This document shows positions 23,849 through 35,339 of a DNA stretch of 39,985 nt, one piece after another (position 1 is the first letter of the stretch; each line of letters begins with the position of its first letter). The stretch covers positions 2,479,135 to 2,519,119 of the forward strand of contig NC_068987.1 in NCBI RefSeq assembly GCF_001194135.2. The letters are read 5' to 3'. The notes beneath the pieces were generated by a model that saw only the letters and a list, made by a program, of their open reading frames with translations, ran no database searches and had not been told where the DNA came from. Source of the DNA: Octopus bimaculoides. Its lineage: Eukaryota. The translations under genes and the position numbers were made by a program.

Positions 23849-24023
23849 NNNNNNNNNNNNNNNNNNNNNNNNNNNNNNNNNNNNNNNNNNNNNNNNNNNN
23901 NNNNNNNNNNNNNNNNNNNNNNNNNNNNNNNNNNNNNNNNNNNNNNNNNNNNNNNNNNNNNNNNNNNNNNNNNNNNNNNNNNNNNNNNNNNNNNNNNNNN
24001 NNNNNNNNNNNNNNNNNNNNNNN

Positions 24024-24077
<54 letters not shown>

Positions 24078-24898
24078 GCACACATTCATATATATACACA
24101 CACACACACACACATTCATATACGCATATCTATTCACACAAGCACCAAAAGAAAACATGTATCCAAGAAAATTCATTCCACATTCTGAATTTTTCGTTCA
24201 GTGTATGTGTGTATTTATATAGCCATACACATGTTTGTGTGTGCTGTGTGTGCATTGTGTGTGTGTGTGTGTTGTGTCTCACATTATCCACCTGTCTACT
24301 ACTAGTTTCTCGCTTCACCTAACTTTACCAATTTCATGGCCAATGACTACAGCAACTGTTATTGATGTTGTTGATGTTCTCACTGAGGGATCTTCTTTAC
24401 CGTGATGGCAGTGATGGCGGTGATGATGGTTATAATGATGATCACGTTGGTGATGTGGTAGTGGTGGTGGTAGAGAGGGTGACGGTGGGGTGCTTGTAGT
24501 GTTGTGGTTGGTGGTGGTGGCGCTTGTGGTAGTGACAATAACGATGATAAAGATTTGTAGGAGACGGAGAGATGAGTGGTGATGCTGATGATCCTGAAGA
24601 GGATGAAGGAGGGAGAGAAGAAAGAGGAAGGTGGTAATGATTACGATGACGGGACATACCCTTGTCTGGTGCCATTGGTTAAAATGGCAACGGGCTTTCA
24701 GTTCGATCGTTCTTCTGGTCAAATTCTTGGGACAAATTGTTATATAAATCTGAAGACTTTGGTCAATGAAGAAATCAAGAGAACCGATGGGAAACTGGTA
24801 GAATCGGTGATTAATCAAAAGGTTCGCACTTTTACGCGTTTGTTTCTTTCGGTCATTGAGGTATGGTCATTCTGGGTCAATGCCTTTCAACCAGACAG

Positions 24899-24932
<34 letters not shown>

Positions 24933-24937
<5 letters not shown>

Positions 24938-25184
24938 TTGGTGCGTAATTATTGCAGCCTTTTTACAACAAATTTTATTCAACAAAAACAATAACAATAT
25001 TTAACAAAAACATCCTTAAATGACGGTCTGACTGTCTGCCAACCAAATGGGATGCAGTAATTGAAGTAGATGGTGAATATGCTCCAGAATAATCATTTAA
25101 AGATATTTTAGTTACATGTTGTTATTGCTTTTGTTGAATAAAATTTGTTGAAAAAAAGGTGGAATAATTATGCACCAACCCAAA
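24933..25184 (+). mobile_element. Mariner-derived MITE with ~70-bp TIRs and residual transposase C-terminus
   Basis: TIRs gttggtgc.taattatt.ca.ctttt..caacaaattttattcaacaaaa.caataacaa at both ends in TA-rich flanks; internal 25036-25092 reads LPTKWDAVIEVDGEYAPE*, resembling the mariner LPxRWxxVIxxxGxY terminus. Confidence 0.85.
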
Positions 25185-25213
25185 TATATATATATGCGCG
25201 CGCGCACACACAC

Positions 25214-25250
<37 letters not shown>

Positions 25251-26152
25251 TTTTCAAATTTGCTTATATACACAGAAGTGTGTTATATATAAAGACGCAC
25301 GCACACCTAAGATCAGGCGATATCACGATGCGGAAGTTGCAAGCTTTATTGCTGGTTCTTAATTTCCTCTCGCCATTTTTATTCATGTTGAATTATATAA
25401 CGGTGGAAGTTAATGGCATCTGGTTCCATCTTACAGAATGTTCAACCTCACACACACACATATACGCATGTATATAAACGTGTGTGTATATATATATAGA
25501 CACATACACAGTAATCTCTCGAAAGCACCCCGCGATAGGTGAAAATCTGCGAAGTAGAAACAGTACTGTATATTTTTATTATTTTTATAATTTGTATATA
25601 TTTGTTTTATATGATACCACGGAGGAATCGGCGTAAGCTTAAATGATAAGCCGCGATAAGTGAACCATGATGTGGCGGTTTGAAGAATGCGTCTTGTCAT
25701 TTCTTCTTGCCGCGTTCTTATTGCATGTCAGTGAAAACAGAAGGTAATAGATATGTACTTATCATATCTTGTCTCATTATGAAACAATCTTACCGACAAA
25801 GGAACGTTTTAACAATTGTAAGCAAACACAAAACCCTGATATTCACTTCTTTTATTTCTTGAGGTGTCACAATTTGCGTTGCACAATTCCTTTGTAAATA
25901 TTCCACAGGAATAATTCCACTACAACTCATTTAATGTAATTGCCAGTGAGGTGTTCGCAGAAGTGTGACGAAAATATTGATATTTCATAGACTACGGTAT
26001 GAAGAAATAAATGAAAAGTGAGCCCAACTTTTTTATGGTTCTTTAAAAAATGTTATTACGGCATAAACGTCTGTCAAACAAGCAAAAACCACTTTCAAAC
26101 TATCTTTTAAACCCCTCAGTGACTCTGCTGCATTCAAAAACATGTACTTCGT

Positions 26153-26194
<42 letters not shown>

Positions 26195-27175
26195 NNNNNN
26201 NNNNNNNNNNNNNNNNNNNNNNNNNNNNNNNNNNNNNNNNNNNNNNNNNNNNNNNNNNNNNNNNNNNNNNNNNNNNNNNNNNNNNNNNNNNNNNNNNNNN
26301 NNNNNNNNNNNNNNNNNNNNNNNNNNNNNNNNNNNNNNNNNNNNNNNNNNNNNNNNNNNNNNNNNNNNNNNNNNNNNNNNNNNNNNNNNNNNNNNNNNNN
26401 NNNNNNNNNNNNNNNNNNNNNNNNNNNNNNNNNNNNNNNNNNNNNNNNNNNNNNNNNNNNNNNNNNNNNNNNNNNNNNNNNNNNNNNNNNNNNNNNNNNN
26501 NNNNNNNNNNNNNNNNNNNNNNNNNNNNNNNNNNNNNNNNNNNNNNNNNNNNNNNNNNNNNNNNNNNNNNNNNNNNNNNNNNNNNNNNNNNNNNNNNNNN
26601 NNNNNNNNNNNNNNNNNNNNNNNNNNNNNNNNNNNNNNNNNNNNNNNNNNNNNNNNNNNNNNNNNNNNNNNNNNNNNNNNNNNNNNNNNNNNNNNNNNNN
26701 NNNNNNNNNNNNNNNNNNNNNNNNNNNNNNNNNNNNNNNNNNNNNNNNNNNNNNNNNNNNNNNNNNNNNNNNNNNNNNNNNNNNNNNNNNNNNNNNNNNN
26801 NNNNNNNNNNNNNNNNNNNNNNNNNNNNNNNNNNNNNNNNNNNNNNNNNNNNNNNNNNNNNNNNNNNNNNNNNNNNNNNNNNNNNNNNNNNNNNNNNNNN
26901 NNNNNNNNNNNNNNNNNNNNNNNNNNNNNNNNNNNNNNNNNNNNNNNNNNNNNNNNNNNNNNNNNNNNNNNNNNNNNNNNNNNNNNNNNNNNNNNNNNNN
27001 NNNNNNNNNNNNNNNNNNNNNNNNNNNNNNNNNNNNNNNNNNNNNNNNNNNNNNNNNNNNNNNNNNNNNNNNNNNNNNNNNNNNNNNNNNNNNNNNNNNN
27101 NNNNNNNNNNNNNNNNNNNNNNNNNNNNNNNNNNNNNNNNNNNNNNNNNNNNNNNNNNNNNNNNNNNNNNNNNNN

Positions 27176-27208
<33 letters not shown>

Positions 27209-27567
27209 GTATATGCGTATATATATCCTATCATATGAAACGTAAAGGTGCTTAAAAGAACTACACGTAATTACACACACATACAAATACTTCTGTATAT
27301 ACTCGGATGGTTACTAACAATCTTTGTGTGCGCGCGCATACTTTTATATAAATACGAGAAACTAAAAACATCTACGCAGCTCCATATACACGCATAAACG
27401 CAAAAACATACAGATATATACTCCCCCCACCACCCATATACGTACACACACACACACACAATTACCACTACTTACACAAATGTAAACATGTACTTCTAGA
27501 AACATCTACCTTATATCTCTCTACATACACACATATACAAACACACACATCCATGATTCTACAAGCA

Positions 27568-27598
27568 TACGTACGTACGTACGTACGTACGTACGTAC
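27568..27598. repeat. (TACG)n self-complementary microsatellite
   Basis: About 7.75 perfect units. Confidence 0.95.
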
Positions 27599-28261
27599 AC
27601 ACAAACACATGCACTCATACGATCATATACACACATGCATACCTACTAACACTCTATCACTTAGATTAATGTAAACATGCACTTCTCCAAATCTCGAAGC
27701 ATTCGTTCACACAAACTCACGCCCCTATTCCACCCAGATCTGCTGCGGGGTAGGGTGTGTACCTACACACAGCCATCAATTTTCCCTGAATATAAGACAA
27801 GTCTTTTGTTTTTACTTCAATAATTAAAACTGGAATGTCGATTCGCTTCAATCTGAAGTTCTTATCAAAGAAACACTTTAGGTGCAAACGCTCTTTACGC
27901 ATTTACATCTGTCCGTCTTCAAGTGTGTGCGTGTGTGCAAACGTTCCTTGCGTAATGAATGTTCGTAAACATTTACTTATGAAAGCCTTTACTGGTTTCG
28001 AATTTACAATAAAATAACTCCGAGTACCATTTGCCCATTCTCTCCAGTCTTGCATACTTTGAAACGGGGCAATTTGAAGTCACTGGGACCGGAGAAGTGA
28101 GACGGTGAAAACAGTTGTAGCCCTCAAAATATGTTTAGCCTTGTATGTGCTTTTAACTCTATCGTTTCTTTAAAACCCCTAATCATTTCTACGTGTATTT
28201 ATTGAGTCCGTCACTGTCCGATAGGTTTGTTTAAGCTCCAGATTAACATAATTAAGAATAA

Positions 28262-28302
<41 letters not shown>

Positions 28303-28367
28303 GCGTGTGCGTGTGTGTGTGTGTGTGCGTGTGTGTGTGTGCGCGTGTGTGCGCNNNNNNNNNNCGC

Positions 28368-28404
<37 letters not shown>

Positions 28405-28546
28405 TGTGTGCGTGTGGATTTGTGCGTGGATGTATTACAAGCATTCTGTTACAGAATCTTTACCAACCAGCTCACTAACCAGTCAACCGACCAGACTACC
28501 AACACATAATGTCAATTGGGGGCAAGACCCCTCCTTAAATCAATCT

Positions 28547-28598
28547 AATAATAATAATAATAATAGTAATAATAATAGTAATAATAATAATAATAATA
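28547..28598. repeat. (AAT)n microsatellite
   Basis: Directly visible, with two AGT variants. Confidence 0.95.
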
Positions 28599-29191
28599 CA
28601 CTTGTATACGGAAGACTCACGAACTATATCCCCACCCTGCAATGTACAACAAGTACTCGTCTTCTACAGACGCTGAAGCAATGTACAGACCAGAAAGCTA
28701 CAAACACTCCGCAAATAGTTGCCAACATTCCTGCTGTCTAATTTCATAGATATACTCCTTATACACTCTTCACAAGACCACTCAAACCTAGATTAAGAAG
28801 ACAAATGCTCGCTCAACTTCCGCATCGTTCGTACACCACTCACCACACATGCCAGATGTGTCGCTTTACTACGGAGATGACTTCGTATACGATTTTGAGT
28901 GGTTTCTCCTTCTCGAAATGACGATAACGAACATTTATTTCGATGTAGTCTGCCGCTTTACGTTGTAAGAACCCGACAAGTCTGGCCTTTCTCTCGCACA
29001 AACTCCCCTCCACTCCATATTGTTTTATCTATTGTGGTTTGGAGATAAGATGTTTGCCATAACAAACATGAGACGTTCTAATGAGGAGTGGTTCAACAGC
29101 CCTCCACTCACTCTGTCCCTGGTGTAAACCCACACACAGAAATACACGCACAAAAGCATATGTACCACACTGTACCACACCGTTTTAGCAT

Positions 29192-29233
<42 letters not shown>

Positions 29234-29376
29234 ATAAACACACTATTAACATAAACACCCGCCCACAACAGACAAATATACATGTGATTACACACACACT
29301 GCACTGTATAAGCATAAACATATACATATGCACAACACTGAAAAAGCATAAATGCGCACAAACACACACTTGTAGA

Positions 29377-29423
<47 letters not shown>

Positions 29424-30796
29424 TTATATTAAAGATCAACACGTACACATACACCAAGCTATATTAATGAGAACATACGTATGAACAACAGTGTAATAGT
29501 AGAAACGCACACACACACACACACACTACACTCAAGAAGCTTGCTCTTAAACATAAACGACATTAGCATAGATACACACACACGCACACGCACACACACA
29601 CACACGCACACACACACACACACGCACATATATATATATATATGCATATATNNNNNNNNNNNNNNNNNNNNNNNNNNNNNNNNNNNNNNNNNNNNNNNNN
29701 NNNNNNNNNNNNNNNNNNNNNNNNNNNNNNNNNNNNNNNNNNNNNNNNNNNNNNNNNNNNNNNNNNNNNNNNNNNNNNNNNNNNNNNNNNNNNNNNNNNN
29801 NNNNNNNNNNNNNNNNNNNNNNNNNNNNNNNNNNNNNNNNNNNNNNNNNNNNNNNNNNNNNNNNNNNNNNNNNNNNNNNNNNNNNNNNNNNNNNNNNNNN
29901 NNNNNNNNNNNNNNNNNNNNNNNNNNNNNNNNNNNNNNNNNNNNNNNNNNNNNNNNNNNNNNNNNNNNNNNNNNNNNNNNNNNNNNNNNNNNNNNNNNNN
30001 NNNNNNNNNNNNNNNNNNNNNNNNNNNNNNNNNNNNNNNNNNNNNNNNNNNNNNNNNNNNNNNNNNNNNNNNNNNNNNNNNNNNNNNNNNNNNNNNNNNN
30101 NNNNNNNNNNNNNNNNNNNNNNNNNNNNNNNNNNNNNNNNNNNNNNNNNNNNNNNNNNNNNNNNNNNNNNNNNNNNNNNNNNNNNNNNNNNNNNNNNNNN
30201 NNNNNNNNNNNNNNNNNNNNNNNNNNNNNNNNNNNNNNNNNNNNNNNNNNNNNNNNNNNNNNNNNNNNNNNNNNNNNNNNNNGGTGGTGGTGGTGGTGGT
30301 GGTGGTTGTTATTGTTTCTTCTGGTCGTAGGGAGGATAATGCTGTGGTGTTTGTTGTTGCTATTGATGTTGCTGTCTTGTGTAGCTTTATTGATGAAGAT
30401 AAGAGCATCTTTATCTCTGGCTACTTCACACTTCCGTTGTACTCTACCCACAAACCTTTCTTTCTCATATAACTTCTACCGCCCTCACCACCATCATATC
30501 ATCATCACCACCAGCACGAGCATAATCATAATCGTAATTGTCACCACCACCCCCACCCCCAGTAGATAGAGAAAGGCCAATATAGGCAATAATGATAAAG
30601 ACGATAGAGATTCAATAAATGTAGACGGCGGTGGTGGCGCTGGCGACAGTGGTAGTGGTATGAGTGAGAAAAGATGGCGTGAATGAAATGACTTCTTCAA
30701 AATAGGATTTCCTATAGTTTGAATGTAATTCTAAAAGGCTTTTATTTCTCCAGATAAGCTTTCAGTTTATGGCGGCATTCAGGAACTTCCGCTCAC

Positions 30797-30934
30797 CCGC
30801 AATCGGCGGCCATTTTTTTGTTTTTATTCTCTTTTTCTTTTGAATGTCGATGTTTATGGGGTACAAAAAGGAGGTGGATGAAGTTATAGCTAGCAATTTC
30901 AACACTGCCATTCTCCCACCTCTTTATATAAATA
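30797..30934 (-). promoter_or_regulatory. Candidate core promoter and first coding exon (MAADCG...)
   Basis: Minus strand: TATTTATATAAAG (30934-30922), CAGT Inr-like site near 30906, A-rich leader, aaaATGGCCGCC (ATG 30813-30811), donor GG|GTGAGC at 30796. No downstream exon identified. Confidence 0.3.
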
Positions 30935-31039
30935 CCGTTGCTATAATGACCTACAAAAGAAGTACTCAATGTAAATGTACGGTGCAATAGTATATCTAAG
31001 CCGGTCCAACTCTAAATTCAAGCAAACCAGACTCAAATG

Positions 31040-31251
31040 CTCCCTCTCTCTCTTTTCTCTCTCTCCCTCTCCCCCTCTTTTTCTTTCTCCCCCTCTTTTT
31101 CTTTCTCCCTCTCTTTTTCTCTCCCTCTCTTTTTCTTTCTTTTCTTTCTCTCTCTTTTCTCTCTCTTTTCTCTTTTTTTCTTTCTCTCTCTTTTTCTTTC
31201 TCTTTTTCTTTTTCTCTCTCTCTTTCTCTCTCTCTTTCTCTGTCTCTCTTT
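31040..31251. repeat. About 210-bp near-pure polypyrimidine (CT/CTTT) tract
   Basis: Only one purine (G near 31242) seen in the tract. Confidence 0.95.
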
Positions 31252-33770
31252 AAAAATTATATAAAGAAGATATTACCGGTTTCGATGTATTTCATCTTAT
31301 CAACAAAAATTTATAAAAATCTGAAGTAAAAACAGTTAATTTTCTGTCTGGGGGTCAAGAACATGTATGTAAGTATGTGTATGTGTGTAACATATATATA
31401 TAATCTAGGACCTAGGTTTTGAAATTTCCAAAATACGTTTGTTAACGTAAATTTGATTATTTATCATCAGCGAGATTTACCAGACAAAGTTTTGAATGTT
31501 TTGAGTGTCAGTATACTCGCCTGAACGCCTATTTATAATTTAACCTCATGGTGCTTTGTTTTACTGGATAGCAATACTTTTGTATTACACTATATGTGTA
31601 TATATATATATATATACTTTAAAAAATATATCAATTCTTATATAAATGAGTGTTTGACACTCGAAACTTCAACAAAGGAAGAAACGAACAAATTTTACAC
31701 ACTTCAGAAGGATTAACGTGACAAGGACAGTATATATTATTATTTTTAATTTTTAATTTTTAGTATTCTTAATTTTTAATATTTCTAATATTTTAATATT
31801 ATATAGGTATATAAAGGGTTCTTAATGCATCTCTGAAGAACNNNNNNNNNNNNNNNNNNNNNNNNNNNNNNNNNNNNNNNNNNNNNNNNNNNATATTCAT
31901 GCTTATTTATACATAAATTTTTATACATAAATTTTTATACGCATATATATTTAAACATATATATATCTATTTTTAGATTTTTATATGTATTCATATTTAT
32001 ATTCCGTATATTTATGTTTTAAACTTTTAAATTTATTATGTTACCATGTTATGTTGGATGTATATCTTTCAAAATATTAAATATTGTTTTCCTGAATATA
32101 TTATTGATGAGTTCTACGAATTTATTAATGATATAAAAACACATATATACACATTTATTTGCTCAAGATAATTGGGCACTCAACATAAGTTCAGTTATAT
32201 ATTCTTTTAGAATATTACTTATAAAAGTATACATACAAAATAATGTGAGTGCGCGATAAAAAAGAATGCCTGATGATATCTTATGCCGATTGACATACGT
32301 TCTTTAAATGAAAGTAAATTTTGATAACGACCCTTACGAGATCAATGAAATAAGTATTTGCGAAAGTTTGATATTAAAACCTTGAAAACAGTGCTACAGC
32401 AGGGCCGCAACGCAAACGTTGAAGACAGTAAAAGGAAAATAGTTGCATAACAGTACACGATACATTCACACACACACACGCACTCCATGTCTACTACACA
32501 TGTCTGTCTGGTGTATCTATTTATACAGTATCCATTATTATATTTCGTAATCTATATTATCTCTTCACAAATATACGAAATGCTTTGATATTTCCCTTAT
32601 TGCTAGGCTATATAAGGACACTCATTGCACTTCTGTATTCCTGCAGCACGTAACACTCAACTGGATTCATCTTACTCATTAGTTTAATGCCTTATTAACT
32701 TTATTTTAATTAATTTCGCACGTAATTGATAGTTTTTAATTATTTCTTTCTCTTACCTTTTCCAAAATGGCTTCTCGCGTCGTTTTCTTTTCTTTCATTT
32801 TGCTTCTCTTTTAATTATTTCCTTTCTGTGTGTTCTGTTCTTGGTGTACAGTTTCACAAATTGGTGAAATGGTATTTTAGTGCCTAGATCAGCATCAACT
32901 TTCCAACTTTTACGAATTTCTTTTCTTTTACAGGATAAGATTCTGTTTTCGTTTAAACTTTGAAGTAATCTAAACCACGACGTATTTCTAAGGTCTTTGC
33001 AAGGAAGCTATCAAGTTCTGATGGATATAAACCATATAGATGTCGCTTTTTATTTCATTTATAAAATCTGTTCGTGAGAAAACAGTGAATTTAATCCTTT
33101 GACGGCCTCAGTTCCGATTTCAATTTACATCCAGACGTAAAAATGGTATTTATCTTTTACGGTTTTTAAGTGAACAAATATGACAAAAAATGTATTATTC
33201 TAGCATCTGTGAAGAAATTGAACTCCTGATGTTACTTTACGTATCAGACACTTGGACATTTTATATAACGATTCATTATATGTGTGTGTGTGTNNNNNNN
33301 NNNNNNNNNNNNNNNNNNNNNNNNNNNNNNNNNNNNNNNNNNNNNNNNNNNNNNNNNNNNNNNNNNNNNNNNNNNNNNNNNNNNNNNNNNNNNNNNNNNN
33401 NNNNNNNNNNNNNNNNNNNNNNNNNNNNNNNNNNNNNNNNNNNNNNNNNNNNNNNNNNNNNNNNNNNNNNNNNNNNNNNNNNNNNNNNNNNNNNNNNNNN
33501 NNNNNNNNNNNNNNNNNNNNNNNNNNNNNNNNNNNNNNNNNNNNNNNNNNNNNNNNNNNNNNNNNNNNNNNNNNNNNNNNNNNNNNNNNNNNNNNNNNNN
33601 NNNNNNNNNNNNNNNNNNNNNNNNNNNNNNNNNNNNNNNNNNNNNNNNNNNNNNNNNNNNNNNNNNNNNNNNNNNNNNNNNNNNNNNNNNNNNNNNNNNN
33701 NNNNNNNNNNNNNNNNNNNNNNNNNNNNNNNNNNNNNNNNNNNNNNNNNNNNNNNNNNNNNNNNNNNNNN

Positions 33771-33817
<47 letters not shown>

Positions 33818-34100
33818 TATATATATATAAAGCACCAGTGGGTTCTGGTTCACTACAGCTGTTTCAGACATGTTTTAAATAATAAACCGATTACACCATG
33901 GAGTGGGGAACGTTTTCTTCGGGTGAGTTAAAACGTAAGTTTAAAAATTTGGTTCATAAAAATATGAAGATATGAAATGTGTGTTGAGCGTGTGTTTATG
34001 TATACGAGTATATAAATGCATATTTTTATATTAGAATACATATATCTTTATTTACATTATTTACATTTCACGGAAACTTGTCCTCATCTTGTTTGTTGTT

Positions 34101-34141
34101 AACGTTTCGGCTGATATACCCTCCAGCCTTCATCAGGTGTC
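34101..34141 (-). ncRNA. Minimal type-I hammerhead ribozyme motif (this copy lacks the stem I 3' strand)
   Basis: Minus strand GACAC-CTGATGA-A-GGCTG(gagggtatat)CAGCC-GAAA-CG-TT; the copy at 34592-34624 supplies GTGTT after the site. Confidence 0.6.
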
Positions 34142-34280
34142 TTGGAGAAATTTCGAACCTGGGTTCTCATTCCTAAGGTATTTTGCGATGTTATTATTAT
34201 TGTTCAGGTCACTGCTTGGAATCGAACTCGGAATCTTGGGGTTAGTAGCCCGTGCTCTTAACCACTACGCCATATGCCCG

Positions 34281-34560
34281 TGGGCTTTTTTCCAATGGTT
34301 GTAATGGATCCTCTCATGGACGAGAGCATGTCCTGCCCTTTCCACTACTCTTGTAGCTTTATATGAATCCACTGGTGTCATTATATTCAAGCCAGGTGGT
34401 ATTAGCTTTGAGTCTCTACATCTACATAAGAAAGTTAGATGGTTTGAAAGACGAGCTAGTTTTTGATGGAGTTTTTGGAGTGTGATGTCGGCTCCGTACC
34501 GATTAGATAATACAGTTCTATATTTAAGAGATGAGGAATTATGTACATTATTTACATTTG
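34281..34560 (-). pseudogene. Truncated N-terminal region of a Penelope-like retroelement ORF
   Basis: ...SSLKYRTVLSNRYGADITLQKLHQKLARLSNHLTFLCRCRDSKLIPPGLNIMTPVDSYKATRVVERAGHALVHERI; the HLxFLxxCxxxxLIPxGL motif is recognised from memory as typical of PLE ORF N-termini. No RT or GIY-YIG present. Confidence 0.65.
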
Positions 34561-34625
34561 ACGGATATTTGTGCTCATCTTGTTCGTTGTTAACACAATG
34601 TTTCGGCTGATATACCCTCCAGCCC

Positions 34626-34883
34626 CGGGCATATGGCATAGTGGTTAAGAGCACAGGCTACTAACCCCAAGATTCCGAGTTCGATTCCAAGCAGTGATCT
34701 GAATAATAATAATAACAACATCGAAAAATACCTTAGGAATGAGAACCCAGGTTCGAAATTTCCCCGAGATACCTGACGAAGGCTGGAAGGTATATCAGCC
34801 AAAACAACAAACAAGATGAACACAAATATCCGTCAAATGTAAATAATGTAAATAATTCCTCATCTCTTAAATATAGAACTGTA
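34626..34883 (+). mobile_element. tRNA-headed SINE-like unit with PLE/hammerhead-type tail
   Basis: A-box TGGCATAGTGG (34634-34644), B-box GAGTTCGATTCC (34677-34688), degenerate hammerhead at 34768-34805; inverted match to 34050-34280. Confidence 0.8.
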
Positions 34884-34942
34884 ACATATATCTTTCTTTG
34901 TATGTGTATTTATGTATGTGAATGTATATGTGTATGCTTGTA

Positions 34943-34986
<44 letters not shown>

Positions 34987-35339
34987 TGTGTATTGAAACT
35001 AAAATATTAAAGTCTAAATTCTCGGATTCAAATGCCACAACCATTACGCTTTGAAATTATTTTCTATTTCAAATTTTATTACACTTTGTTAACACTTTGC
35101 ATCGCATCTTATTTCATTCTCAAACATTACCTTCCAGCCTCTGCTCAATTTCCTCGTCACTTTGCATTTTATTGTGTTTTTGTATTTTTCGCAAATCTCT
35201 TCTTGTATTTCTGGAAGATTATTATTATCATTGTAATTATTATTATTGTTGTTGTTATTATTATTTTATATCATCATAACATTTTAGGCCTAAAGTAGAA
35301 AACATCATTATTATTATTATTATTATTATCGTTGTGATG

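Larger units (their letters stand above)
34050..34883 (-). mobile_element. Composite Penelope-like (PLE) non-autonomous insertion with inverted 5' repeat and 12-bp TSD
   Basis: ACATATATCTTT at 34038-34049 and 34884-34895. Contains unit copies at 34050-34280 (-), 34512-34625 (-, 3' half) and 34626-34883 (+), plus a unique ORF segment at 34281-34511. Confidence 0.8.

Noticed and set aside
26033-26150. Possible hAT transposase remnant (…KVVFACLTDVY…) on the minus strand
   Set aside because: Resemblance to the LAYLxDIF motif is too short and does not extend in neighbouring frames.
28844-29028. Minus-strand exon-like segment IKQYGVEGSLCERKARLVGFLQRKAADYIEINVRYRHFEKEKPLKIVYEVISVVKRHIWHV with a GTGAGT donor
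   Set aside because: Weak acceptor, no recognisable domain, and entry phase 0 is incompatible with the phase-2 candidate first exon. Worth one RNA-seq look but unsupported.
34626-34700. Functional tRNA gene
   Set aside because: Acceptor and anticodon stems pair poorly, there is no Pol III terminator, and it continues into a repeated element body; treated as a SINE-type head.
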